A stretch of 64,000 nt of DNA from Deltaproteobacteria bacterium. GTDB taxonomy: Bacteria; Myxococcota_A; Polyangia; JAAYKL01. The position numbers and the translations under genes were made by a program. Under the pieces are notes generated by a model. It made no database searches, was not told the DNA's origin, and saw only the letters and a program-made list of their open reading frames with translations. The stretch is from contig JAKQNG010000197.1 of the NCBI GenBank assembly GCA_029565915.1, forward strand, positions 12,759-76,758. Direction: 5' to 3'. Below, one piece after another: positions 28,765-38,310 of this stretch. Within the stretch, counting starts at the first letter, position 1. Every line of letters starts with the position of its first letter.

Positions 28765-30684
28765 TCATGGCCGGGTTTCCGGTTGTACCGGATGAGTGGA
28801 CACGCGCGCCCAGGCCGTGACGATGTCTTCCTGGGTGAGAAGGGCTGTCAACCGGGCTTCGCTGTTCACGACGGGAATCTGGCGGATACCGTTGGCGGCC
28901 AGCAGCTCCACCGCAGCGCGCAGGTCGTTTCCTTCAAACACAGCGACCGGTGGCTGCATGACATCCGACGCGATAATCCACGGCAGAAAATCCCGGTTGG
29001 AGGACGCGGTGGCCACCGACGACCAGCTGATGATGCCGCGGATGGTGCCGTCCCCCTTCACCACGGGAAAGATTTCCTGGTCGGGATGGGCACGGCATTC
29101 CGCAGTGATGTGCTCAATGGGATCGGATGGCTGGAAGCGGGCGAAGGATCGATTTTTCAATGCCGCTTCTTCCACGGGAATGGTTTTCAGCAGATCCGTC
29201 GTCCGATCCGGTCGCCGCACCGGAGAGTGGATGTGATCGCTTTCCTGAGCTTCATACAGGGATCGATTGCGCAGGACGACAAAGGCAATGCCCTGGGCGA
29301 GCATCAGCGGAACCAGCAGATCGTAGCTGCCGGCGAGTTCGCAGACGAGGATGACCGCGGCCAGGGGCACGTGGGCCAGTCCGCCATAAAAAGCGCCCAT
29401 GCCCACCAGTGCAAAGGCACCCGGATCGATGGCCGGATCGGCGAACAGAATCCGGGCCGTCTGTCCGAAAGCGCCTCCCACCAGCCCGCCGATGGCCAGG
29501 GAAGGGGCAAAGTCGCCCGCACTGCCGCCGGAGCCGATGGTGAAGGAGGTGGCGACCATTTTTGCAAAGGCGATGACCGACAGCAGCAGCACCGCGTGCC
29601 AGCCGTCCGGCAGCCAGGAAACCCCGGAGATGGCCATCTGGACCGCGCCATATCCACCGCCCAGCAGGCCGATTCCCTGTCCCGGAATGTGAACGAAGTT
29701 GCCGACCAGCAGGATGATGGGTACAGACAGTAGTCCAAGCGCCAGTCCACCGATGCCAGGACGGATCCAGACCGGGCCGGGCAGCTTTGTAAATGCCGTG
29801 CGGATCAGGCGGAAGACGCCGAGGAACAAGGTAGCCGCAGCGGCCACGACCACCGCCAGCAGCGCGTAGAGTGGCAGATGCGCGGGGAGAAACGGAAAAT
29901 GGCCGTCGTGGGCGAACAGGGTGCTCTCGCCGGTGATGGATACCGCAAGGGAGTAGGACACCACGCTCGCAAACACCGAGGGAATGAGCGCGTCCGATTC
30001 GAATCCGTCCCGGTAGAGCACCTCCACGGCCAGGAGGGCGGCACCGAGGGGCGTCTTGAATACGGCGGAAATGCCGGCCGCGATGCCTGCCACCAGCAGG
30101 ATGCGCCGTTCCCGCGCGGTTAACTGCAGGAGCTGTCCGGTGAGGGAACCCAGTGCACCGCCGATGTACATGGTCGGGCCCTCCCGTCCGCCGGAGCCGC
30201 CGGTGCCCAGCGTCAGCAGGGAGGCCAGTGCCTTGATGCCGATGACGCGCTTGCGCATGGTGCCGCTCTGATGGTGGAAGGAGGTGATGATGGCATCGGT
30301 GCCGCCGCCGCGCACCTCAACCGCGTAGCGACTGATCAGACCGCAGATGAGACCGCCGATGGCGGGCAGGATCGCCAGCAGCCAGGGGCGAAAATCCCTG
30401 ACCCCAACTGATGCCGGAGATGGCTCTCCGTGGGCCCGCAACACCGTGTATCCGGCTGCCTGTTCCAACAGGAGCCACTGCAGGAGTTCCAGCAGGTAAA
30501 AGAACGCGACTCCCGCGAGGCCGGCTGCGAGGCCCACGAGGCTGGCGTGTAACAGCATGCGCGACACAATGCGCAGATCGATGGACGAATGGGTGGACGG
30601 GAAGAATGGCAGCAGCCGTCCCGGCGAAGGGATGGGCTGGCGCCAGCGATCGACCGTTTCCCTGATCAGGGTCCGCCACGTCAT
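28765..30684 (-). CDS. ClC-family chloride channel/H+-Cl- antiporter with C-terminal CBS pair
   Basis: GSGGREGP selectivity motif, GxFxP-like segments, ~10 TMs and a C-terminal tandem CBS domain. Start chosen at MTWRTL; the ORF extends to 30795. Confidence 0.85.
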   Translation of the reverse strand: MTWRTLIRETVDRWRQPIPSPGRLLPFFPSTHSSIDLRIVSRMLLHASLVGLAAGLAGVAFFYLLELLQWLLLEQAAGYTVLRAHGEPSPASVGVRDFRPWLLAILPAIGGLICGLISRYAVEVRGGGTDAIITSFHHQSGTMRKRVIGIKALASLLTLGTGGSGGREGPTMYIGGALGSLTGQLLQLTARERRILLVAGIAAGISAVFKTPLGAALLAVEVLYRDGFESDALIPSVFASVVSYSLAVSITGESTLFAHDGHFPFLPAHLPLYALLAVVVAAAATLFLGVFRLIRTAFTKLPGPVWIRPGIGGLALGLLSVPIILLVGNFVHIPGQGIGLLGGGYGAVQMAISGVSWLPDGWHAVLLLSVIAFAKMVATSFTIGSGGSAGDFAPSLAIGGLVGGAFGQTARILFADPAIDPGAFALVGMGAFYGGLAHVPLAAVILVCELAGSYDLLVPLMLAQGIAFVVLRNRSLYEAQESDHIHSPVRRPDRTTDLLKTIPVEEAALKNRSFARFQPSDPIEHITAECRAHPDQEIFPVVKGDGTIRGIISWSSVATASSNRDFLPWIIASDVMQPPVAVFEGNDLRAAVELLAANGIRQIPVVNSEARLTALLTQEDIVTAWARVSTHPVQPETRP

Positions 30685-30803
30685 GGAAGGAGGCCTACCA
30701 CGAATGCGCCGTCGCCAGAAGATGAACCCGGCGAAAAACGGTGGTAGGCTCACAAACATCCGATGGGAGGACAAAGGCAGGCCCTCCTGTCGCATGAAGT
30801 GGG

Positions 30804-31481
30804 ATGAAGAAAAGAAACAGGAAGAAAACGAAACCGGGAAAGGCAGCGGTGTTTACCAACACACCGTTCCGTATGCTGCAGCAGAAAAAAAACGCCATCC
30901 CTGCCGCATCCCCCGTGATGCCTGTTCCCGAAGCGCCGGCGCCGGAATCCGCTGGTTCCCCCGACGAGGAGGCCCTGCGCGCGATGATGGACGGGGCCGC
31001 TCCCATCGATCATCGGCTGGTCCGGCCTGAACCGCAAATCGCAGAACCCCGCATTGTGGACGATCAGGAATGGGTCATTCAGGAACTGGACGACCTGGTG
31101 AACGGCCGCACCGTGTTCGACATCGCCGACACGGACGAGTACATCGAGGCGTCGGTGCAGGGCCTCGACCAGCGCATTGTGAAGAAGCTGCGGCGCGGTG
31201 ACTATTCATTTCAGTCCCACCTCGATCTCCACGGGTTCACCCGGGTGGAAGCCCGGGCAAGGGTGGCGGCATTCATCGACGACGCCCACCGGAGAGGGCT
31301 GCGCTGTGTGCTGATTGTCCACGGACGGGGCCTCGGTTCGAAAGACCACATGCCCGTGCTGAAGGAGAAGCTGCGCGCATGGTTGACCCGGGGCGCTCTG
31401 GGAAGAAAGGTGCTCGCCTTCACGTCCGCGCGTCCGTATGACGGGGGCACCGGTGCGGTATACGTCCTGTTGCGGGGATAA
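30804..31481 (+). CDS. Smr-domain protein
   Basis: C-terminal Smr domain (LDLHGFTRVEARARVAAFIDDAHRRGLRCVLIVHGRG). Confidence 0.7.
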   Translation: MKKRNRKKTKPGKAAVFTNTPFRMLQQKKNAIPAASPVMPVPEAPAPESAGSPDEEALRAMMDGAAPIDHRLVRPEPQIAEPRIVDDQEWVIQELDDLVNGRTVFDIADTDEYIEASVQGLDQRIVKKLRRGDYSFQSHLDLHGFTRVEARARVAAFIDDAHRRGLRCVLIVHGRGLGSKDHMPVLKEKLRAWLTRGALGRKVLAFTSARPYDGGTGAVYVLLRG

Positions 31482-33320
31482 TCAGCCGGTGATGACGATG
31501 CGGGTACCCGGATTGGCGGCAGTCGAAATCACGCCGTGGTTGCCCGCCGGAACGTGGGGTCCGGTCCAGAAGAACAGCCGCCGCGCGTCCGTTGGAGACA
31601 GGTTGATACATCCGTGGGAGCGCACCCGGCCGAAGCGATCGTGCCAGAAGGCGGCGTGGAGCGCATATCCTTCCTTAAAATACTGGGTCCAGGGCACGTC
31701 TTCGATAGAATAGGCCTCGTCTCCGGCCTCCGGGTCGTCCATGGTGATGGTGACGTGCTTGTTGTAGATGCGGAATTCTCCCGTGGGCGTTTCGAAATCC
31801 CGTTTGCCCGTTGCCACCAGCGTGGCAAATACGGGGGTCGGGCCTTCATAGGCGACGAGCACCTGCTGCTTCAGGTCCACGTGGATCCAGCGCTCGTTTT
31901 CGGCCAGGTCGGCGGGAGGGTCCACCATGGCGGCCACGGCGGCTACCCGGCTGTTCACAAACCGGTTGTCGCCAATCTGCAGGTAGGTGGCATTGCCCTT
32001 CTGCAGTTCCCCGAGCAGGGGAAACACATCGTAGCGGTTCAGTGCCTCCGCGCTTTTCAACGGTCCATCCGCCTTTTCCCGGTGCAGGCTTTTTGAACCG
32101 CTGCCCACGACGAACACCAGGGGAAGCTGTGTCTTTCCGCCGATCAGGCGCCCTTCAAATGTGGATGCCGTGGCGGGATAGAGTTCGTCCGCGTTCACGT
32201 AACGCCCTCTGACGGTCTTGAAGAAATCGGTTCCATCCTCGGCCCGTATCCGGTCCACGGTGCTCACGTAGTAGCCCTTTGCCATGCGCATGTGGACATA
32301 GGGCGGCAGTGCGAAAGGGTCCGCGATGTCGCTGTCGGCCGCCGGCAGGTCCGTCGGTCCGCTGTCCTGTGCAACGGGCGTTGCGCCATCCCGATCCGCC
32401 GCCGGTGCTGGTGCGTCATCTGCGGGCGAAGGAGGCGCTTCATTCTCCGCCGTCAGTGCCGCGGCCATGACCTGTTTGAGGGCCGCTTCATCGTAGGCCG
32501 GGTCCGACGCGGCATCGGGTTCTGCCGGAGGTGATTCCGGGGCTGGCGCGGCGGCCGCGTCCCGGCGATCGATGGCATCGAGAACCGCCTGTGCCGCTGC
32601 GATTTCTTCCGCACTCGGGATTTTCCAGTATTCCACCACGCCGTCCCGTTTCGTGTAGCGGTAGCTGTAGGGCAACGGTTCGTTCAGCGCCGGCGGTGGT
32701 GGCGCCGGTTCATAGGACACCGGCTCCCGTCCCACGTGCACACCGGCACCATCACATACGAATCCGCCACCGGCGACCTCATGCCATCCGCGGCTGCAAT
32801 CTTTCTTCGATACCCGCTCGCTCACCCGGAAGGTGGCGCCTCGTCTCGCATAGGCCAGCACACCGGACGCCCGATCGGGCGCTTCCTTGATCTGGGTGTG
32901 AAACTGATAGGCGACCGCGTACAGGGGAAAGCGATCCGGTTCGTTGCCCGTGTCGGCGTCCAGGTGGCCGCCCGCTTCTGCGATGCTCGGTCCGTCGTCC
33001 ACGGTGCCTGTTGTCTGCGGTTCTGCCGCCGCGGGGGAATCTTCCGCCTTCAGCAGGCTGGATTCGTTGACGATGGTAGGGTCGACGGGCTCTTTGCCCG
33101 TGTCCACCCGGACGGCAGAGACCGGCGGATCGCCCGTGTCCATCTTCTGTTCATCGCTGTCAAAACACTGCCAGACGCCCAAAGCGCCCAAAACGATGAT
33201 GATGGCCGTGATCAGTGTGCCCCGCAGTCGGGAAGCGCCCCCCGATCCATTCCGCGGTTCCTTCTTCCTGTTCTGCGTCGTTCGCCGGACGCCGGTGCCC
33301 ACCCGTCTGTTGGCTGCCAT
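31482..33320 (-). CDS. L,D-transpeptidase (YkuD domain), membrane-anchored with Pro/Ala-rich region
   Basis: C-terminal YkuD catalytic motif HAAFWHDRFGRVRSHGCINLS and an N-terminal TM anchor. It abuts the Smr gene convergently. Confidence 0.8.
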   Translation of the reverse strand: MAANRRVGTGVRRTTQNRKKEPRNGSGGASRLRGTLITAIIIVLGALGVWQCFDSDEQKMDTGDPPVSAVRVDTGKEPVDPTIVNESSLLKAEDSPAAAEPQTTGTVDDGPSIAEAGGHLDADTGNEPDRFPLYAVAYQFHTQIKEAPDRASGVLAYARRGATFRVSERVSKKDCSRGWHEVAGGGFVCDGAGVHVGREPVSYEPAPPPPALNEPLPYSYRYTKRDGVVEYWKIPSAEEIAAAQAVLDAIDRRDAAAAPAPESPPAEPDAASDPAYDEAALKQVMAAALTAENEAPPSPADDAPAPAADRDGATPVAQDSGPTDLPAADSDIADPFALPPYVHMRMAKGYYVSTVDRIRAEDGTDFFKTVRGRYVNADELYPATASTFEGRLIGGKTQLPLVFVVGSGSKSLHREKADGPLKSAEALNRYDVFPLLGELQKGNATYLQIGDNRFVNSRVAAVAAMVDPPADLAENERWIHVDLKQQVLVAYEGPTPVFATLVATGKRDFETPTGEFRIYNKHVTITMDDPEAGDEAYSIEDVPWTQYFKEGYALHAAFWHDRFGRVRSHGCINLSPTDARRLFFWTGPHVPAGNHGVISTAANPGTRIVITG

Positions 33321-33420
33321 GAACCCTTTCCTCCTCAAGCCATTTCTGACATCCAATATTTGTCGCGACAATGTCCAGAAAACGGCCTGATTTTTCAACG
33401 CGGGAGGGAGGGGCAGAATT

Positions 33421-33741
33421 TCAGCGGTCCGCCGGGACGTCGGAGGGGTCTCCAGTGCCGGCTTCGTCGTCGGTTGCGACGGCGTCATCGGGAGGAACGG
33501 AGGCTTTCTGCAGTGACCGGTATTCCTCCAGCAACTGCCTGCCCCGTTCGAGATGGACGTCGAGGATGCGGAAGATCACCGGGTTCACCGACCCGGGCAT
33601 GAGTCCGGAGAGTATTCCCGCGCCGGATCGGTTGATCACTTCGTAGTCCACCTCGCCGTCCTCCAGAAAGGCACCAAACAGATCGGCCTCAATCGGATCG
33701 GCGATGCGGACCAGCTCCACGAACTGCTCTTCTCGTGCCAT
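33421..33741 (-). CDS. Small DUF2007-like protein
   Basis: The N-terminal ~65 aa (QFVELVRIADPIEADLFGAFLEDGEV...) resembles the DUF2007 fold (recalled), followed by an acidic tail. Confidence 0.4.
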   Translation of the reverse strand: MAREEQFVELVRIADPIEADLFGAFLEDGEVDYEVINRSGAGILSGLMPGSVNPVIFRILDVHLERGRQLLEEYRSLQKASVPPDDAVATDDEAGTGDPSDVPADR

Positions 33742-33887
33742 GTTTCACCTCCGGATGAATGGTTGCGGGCTCAGTTGAAAATGTAGCGCACGAAACGCGC
33801 TGGCGCCACCCGTCGGATGGACCGTTTTCGTCCGGCCACTTTTCTGCAGCGGTTCCGGGCAGAAAAAAACCGTGGTAAACTCGTTCC

Positions 33888-34997
33888 ATGGATGCGGATC
33901 GGCGCCGACTATTGCAGCTGCTGACAGCCACCTGTGCGGTCTGTCCGTTGGCGGCAGCGGGCATTCTGCGGGCGGAGGATGGCGATGGTGCGGTGGCCGC
34001 GGAATTCTGGAGCGAAGCCGGTGAGCAGAAGGTGACGTGCGCCCTGTGTCCGCGGAAATGTACGGTGGCCGATCTGGAAAGGGGCACCTGCGGCGTGCGG
34101 GAGAATCGCGGCGGAAAATACTACACGCTGGTCCATTCCAGCGTGTGCGCGATGAACAACGACCCCATCGAAAAAAAGCCCCTGTTTCATTTCCGGCCCG
34201 GCAGCATGGCGTTTTCCATTGCGACGGCGGGTTGCAACATGGAATGCCGCTTCTGCCAGAACTGGGAGATCAGCCAGTTCCGGCCCGAGCAGGTGACGAG
34301 TCGGCGCCTGACCCCGGCGGAGGTGGTGGCGGAGGCAGGGCAGGCGGGGAGTCGCGCCATCGCGTTTACCTATTCGGAGCCCGTCGTGGCCTGGGAATAC
34401 GTGCGGGACGTCTGCGCAGCGGCGCAGGACACGGGAATCGGCCGGGTGATGATTTCCAACGGCTACATCGAGAAGGAACCCATGCGCAGGCTGCTGCCCC
34501 TGCTGGACGCGGTGAAAATCGATTTCAAGGCGTTCAGCGAGTCCTTCTACCGGGAGTTATGCTCGGCCCGGTTGCGACCGGTGCTCGACACGCTGCGGAC
34601 CATCCGGGCATCCGGCGTCTGGCTGGAAATCGTCGTGCTCCTCATCCCCACGTTGAACGATGATCGCAGGGAAATCCGGGCCATGTGTCGCTGGATCGTG
34701 CAGGAGCTGGGCCCTTCCGTACCGGTCCACTTCACGCGTTTCCATCCGTCCTACAAGCTCGTCAATCTGCCCCCCACGCCGGTGAATACACTGGAGGCCG
34801 CCCGGCAGATCGCAAAGGAGCAGGGCATTCGCCATGCCTATGCGGGCAACGTGCCCGGGCATCCCGCCGAAGATACGATCTGCCACGCCTGTGGCCATAC
34901 GCTGATCAAGCGCTACGGTTTTCAGATCCGGTTCAACCGGATGCGGGACGGCACCTGTCCATCCTGCGGCGAACCGGTCGCCGGCGTGTGGAACTGA
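33888..34997 (+). CDS. AmmeMemoRadiSam-system-type radical SAM enzyme (PFL-activase-like)
   Basis: CNMECRFCQNW (Cx3Cx2C) plus the extra upstream cluster CALCPRKC...CGVREN characteristic of this family. The N-terminal ~40 aa RR+hydrophobic extension may be a start-site artefact. Confidence 0.7.
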   Translation: MDADRRRLLQLLTATCAVCPLAAAGILRAEDGDGAVAAEFWSEAGEQKVTCALCPRKCTVADLERGTCGVRENRGGKYYTLVHSSVCAMNNDPIEKKPLFHFRPGSMAFSIATAGCNMECRFCQNWEISQFRPEQVTSRRLTPAEVVAEAGQAGSRAIAFTYSEPVVAWEYVRDVCAAAQDTGIGRVMISNGYIEKEPMRRLLPLLDAVKIDFKAFSESFYRELCSARLRPVLDTLRTIRASGVWLEIVVLLIPTLNDDRREIRAMCRWIVQELGPSVPVHFTRFHPSYKLVNLPPTPVNTLEAARQIAKEQGIRHAYAGNVPGHPAEDTICHACGHTLIKRYGFQIRFNRMRDGTCPSCGEPVAGVWN

Positions 34998-35159
34998 TCG
35001 GTTCGCCGGATCTGTAAAAGTCAGGTTCCGGGTGGATTTTTCAGTGTTTTTCCGGTATGGAAGAAAACCTGTGATGGACGATTTCCGTCCAATCCACCGG
35101 TCAGGGCGCCGGAGGAGAAACGCTTCCGGACCGATTCCGGGAGCCCCATTCGCAAGGAG

Positions 35160-35390
35160 ATGAAGAGGATGGCAATTGAAGTTGTTGCTCCCATGGTCGG
35201 CAAGGTGGTCAGAATCGTTGCGGAGCCTGGGCAGTCAGTGTCCGAAGACGATCCCATTGTGATGATTGAAGCCATGAAAGTGGAAATGCCCGTATCCGCG
35301 CCCGAGGACGGAAAGGTCGCGGAACTCCGGGTGGCGGTCGGCGACACGGTGGAAGGCGGACAGGTCCTCGCCATTCTCGAAGAGGCCTGA
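35160..35390 (+). CDS. Stand-alone biotin/lipoyl attachment domain protein (76 aa)
   Basis: EAMKVEM biotinylation motif within a hybrid-motif fold. There is no adjacent carboxylase subunit. Confidence 0.75.
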   Translation: MKRMAIEVVAPMVGKVVRIVAEPGQSVSEDDPIVMIEAMKVEMPVSAPEDGKVAELRVAVGDTVEGGQVLAILEEA

Positions 35391-35421
35391 CCGTCGAACC
35401 GCGCCGGTTGGTCCGACGCCG

Positions 35422-36555
35422 TTGACAAACCATCGTTCTGCCATGCCCCCCATTGCCAGAATACGCCTTGCGAGCCCGCCATCGGATGAGCGGATTCACG
35501 AGCGCGTGCGGCGCGTGATTGACAGCGGCCAGCTGGTGGCTGGGCCTGCTGTGGCCGAATTCGAAGAGCGGTTGTGCGCGGTCTCGGGCCGTCGTCATGC
35601 GGTGGCGGTGTCGTCGGGAACCGCGGCGCTGATGGCTGCCATGGCTGCCATGGGTATCGGACAGGGCAGCGTGGTGCTGGTGCCCGCGTTGACCTTTCCC
35701 GCTCCCGCCATGGCCGCGGCCTTTCTGGGCGCCACCGTGCGCCTGTGCGACGTCGACCGGGACACCTTCAACATCAGTGTCGACACGCTGGAAGCCGGTT
35801 TGCGCGAGGATGTATCGCTGGTGATCGCCATCGACCAGTTCGGGGCCCCTGCCCCCTGTGCAGCCATCGAAGCGCGCTGCGCGGCGGCGGGCATTCCCGT
35901 GCTGGTGGATGCGGCCTGTTCCATCGGTTCGTCCCTCGGCGGCCGTCCCTGCGGCAGCTTCGGACAGGCGGCGATTTACAGTTTCCATCCGCGTAAAATC
36001 ATCACCACCGGGGAAGGGGGCGCGGTGCTGACGGACGACCCGTTGCTGGCCCGCGCGGTGCGCCACCTGCGCAATTTCGGCCTGGAGGACGGGCGGTTCG
36101 CGGGCATGGGCATCAACCTGCGCCCTTCGGAAATCGGCGCGGCCATGGGTCTTGTGCAACTGGATGATCTGGACCGGATCCTGGCGCAGCGGCGGATGCT
36201 GGCCGATATTTATCGGCAACTGCCCCTCCGCTTTCAGCGTCCCGTGGATGGCGCGTGGATGAACCACCAGACCATGGCGGCGATCATTCCCGGTATCGAC
36301 GAGGAGCGCCGCAACGGGTTGATGGCATTCCTGCGGGAAAACGGCGTCGAATCGCAGTTGGCGAGCTACTGCCTGTCCCGACTGGACGGCTTGAAGGAAA
36401 AATTTGATTTCTCCGATGACCGGGTTCCTGAAGCGCTGCAGATTTACAGGACGGGCATTTCGCTGCCCCTGCACGGTGCCCTGTCGCCGGATGACGTGCA
36501 GGAAGTGTCGCAGCTGGTTCTCCGCTTCATGGCGGACAACGGAGGGCATGCATGA
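35422..36555 (+). CDS. DegT/DnrJ/EryC1/StrS-family PLP-dependent sugar aminotransferase
   Basis: SFHPRKIITTGEGG lysine motif and the overall AAT-fold pattern. Confidence 0.85.
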   Translation: MTNHRSAMPPIARIRLASPPSDERIHERVRRVIDSGQLVAGPAVAEFEERLCAVSGRRHAVAVSSGTAALMAAMAAMGIGQGSVVLVPALTFPAPAMAAAFLGATVRLCDVDRDTFNISVDTLEAGLREDVSLVIAIDQFGAPAPCAAIEARCAAAGIPVLVDAACSIGSSLGGRPCGSFGQAAIYSFHPRKIITTGEGGAVLTDDPLLARAVRHLRNFGLEDGRFAGMGINLRPSEIGAAMGLVQLDDLDRILAQRRMLADIYRQLPLRFQRPVDGAWMNHQTMAAIIPGIDEERRNGLMAFLRENGVESQLASYCLSRLDGLKEKFDFSDDRVPEALQIYRTGISLPLHGALSPDDVQEVSQLVLRFMADNGGHA

Positions 36556-37310
36556 ATGAATCGACGGATGCGGTGCGGATTGACAACCTGACAAAGACCT
36601 TCCACATCGGTTTTTTCCGGCGGAAGGTGCAGGCCCTGCGCGGCGTGAGCTTTCACGTGAACAAAGGCGAAATCTTCGGCCTGCTGGGTCCCAACGGAGC
36701 GGGCAAGACGACCACCCTGAAAATCATGATGGGCCACATCTTTCCCGATTCGGGTACCGTGCAGCTGCTGGGTAAGGATGGCGGAACGCCCGCGTCGCGC
36801 AAGCGGATCGGCTATCTGCCGGAGAATGCCTATTTTCACGAATACCTCACGCCGGAGGAACTGCTGAAGTTCTACGGCGAGTTGTACGGAATGGCCCGGT
36901 CCGACATCCGGCGCCGCGCGGACGAACTCATCCACAAGGTCGGTCTGGCGGAGGCGGCGCGGCGGCCCCTGCGGAAGTTTTCCAAGGGGATGCTGCAGCG
37001 AATCGGGCTGGCCCAGGCACTGCTGCCGGATCCGGACCTGCTGGTGCTCGACGAACCCATGAGCGGTCTCGATCCGATTGGCCGCCGGTTCGTGGCGGAC
37101 CTGATTTCGGATCTGCACAAGGAAGGGAAGACGATCCTGTTTTCGTCGCATATCCTGTCGGATGTGGAGCGGCTCTGCGGTCGCGTAGTCATGCTGAACC
37201 GGGGCATCCGGGTGCACGAGGGAAGCCTGGCGGAACTGCTGCAGGGGGACGACCGGACCACCCGCACGCTGGAGGAAGTATTTGTGCAGAAGGCGATGGA
37301 GAAGGCCTGA
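36552..37310 (+). CDS. ABC transporter ATP-binding protein (ABC-2 type)
   Basis: Walker A GPNGAGKTT, signature FSKGMLQRI, Walker B LLVLDEP. ATGA overlap with the DegT stop. Confidence 0.9.
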   Translation: MNESTDAVRIDNLTKTFHIGFFRRKVQALRGVSFHVNKGEIFGLLGPNGAGKTTTLKIMMGHIFPDSGTVQLLGKDGGTPASRKRIGYLPENAYFHEYLTPEELLKFYGELYGMARSDIRRRADELIHKVGLAEAARRPLRKFSKGMLQRIGLAQALLPDPDLLVLDEPMSGLDPIGRRFVADLISDLHKEGKTILFSSHILSDVERLCGRVVMLNRGIRVHEGSLAELLQGDDRTTRTLEEVFVQKAMEKA

Positions 37311-37431
37311 ATCCGGCGGATTTCCGCACCGCTGGCCCTCGTTTGCCTGTTGACCACCCGGATGGCGCAGCATATAGTCCCCCGGTTTCAGGACGACCTG
37401 CTTCATCAGGTAGAAGATGCATAAGGAGTGA

Positions 37432-38310
37432 TTGATCGTGGCACGTCTCAAGATTTCAAAAAAAGAAGATCGAAAAGATAACCTTGATCCGACCAAGGAT
37501 GAATTTGTCATGCGTTCCATGTCATTTCTGGACTGGGCCGTGGAGCGCCGGCGGCAGATCGGTGTCCTGCTGGGCCTTGGTCTGGCCGCATGGATCGGGG
37601 TCATCGTGTTCAACCATGTACGGGACACGCACAGCGAAAAGGTGTCGGGCCTTCTGGCGGAAGGGCTGGATGCGTCCTTTGCCCCCGTAATAACCGCATC
37701 CTGGGAAGAAGCGGGCCTTTCGGCGCCGCAGGACGAAAAGAGTGCGCTCACGTTCGGCACAAGAGATGCCCGGGCCCGGGAGACCATCAAGCGGTTTGAC
37801 CGGGTCATCGCGGAAGCGGGCAATTCGCCCCTTGCTTCCGTGTCGTCCTTCATCAAGGCCGGTGCCCTCATGGATCAGGGACGGGCGAAGGATGCCGTGG
37901 CGCTGTATGAGGCCTGCCTGAAAGACGATGCGCTGTCGTTCATGGCGGACAGCATCCGCATGGCGCTGGCAGTGGCACTGGAAGCGGCTGGTCGCGGGGA
38001 CGAGGCCATCCGGCAATACGAAATGCTGAGCGCCGGTAGTGGTCGCACGGCCCTCTGGGCCCGCTTCAATGCGGTGCGGCTCCGGATGGATGCCGGCAAG
38101 GATACCGCCGGGGCGGAAAAGTCGCTGACAGAGATTGTAAAATCCATCGCTTCTGCCGGAGAACCCGACCGGAACGACTATCTGTTTGTCCAGGCCCGGG
38201 CCCGGCTGCTGGCCATCAATCCCGATGCGGATGTGCCGGAGCTTCCCTCGGGACTCAATCCCCAGATTCTGCAGCAACTCCTTTCGGCCCGGCAAGGGGC
38301 CCTTCAGTGA
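37432..38310 (+). CDS. Membrane-anchored TPR-like protein (YfgM-like)
   Basis: Single N-terminal TM (IGVLLGLGLAAWIGVIVF) plus an alpha-helical TPR-like periplasmic domain. It sits immediately upstream of and overlapping the bamB-like gene, as yfgM does in E. coli. The start may instead be 37510. Confidence 0.5.
   Translation: MIVARLKISKKEDRKDNLDPTKDEFVMRSMSFLDWAVERRRQIGVLLGLGLAAWIGVIVFNHVRDTHSEKVSGLLAEGLDASFAPVITASWEEAGLSAPQDEKSALTFGTRDARARETIKRFDRVIAEAGNSPLASVSSFIKAGALMDQGRAKDAVALYEACLKDDALSFMADSIRMALAVALEAAGRGDEAIRQYEMLSAGSGRTALWARFNAVRLRMDAGKDTAGAEKSLTEIVKSIASAGEPDRNDYLFVQARARLLAINPDADVPELPSGLNPQILQQLLSARQGALQ

Noticed and set aside
35209-37871. 461-aa and 475-aa minus ORFs
   Set aside because: Antisense to the DegT and ABC ATPase genes, which carry clear catalytic motifs.
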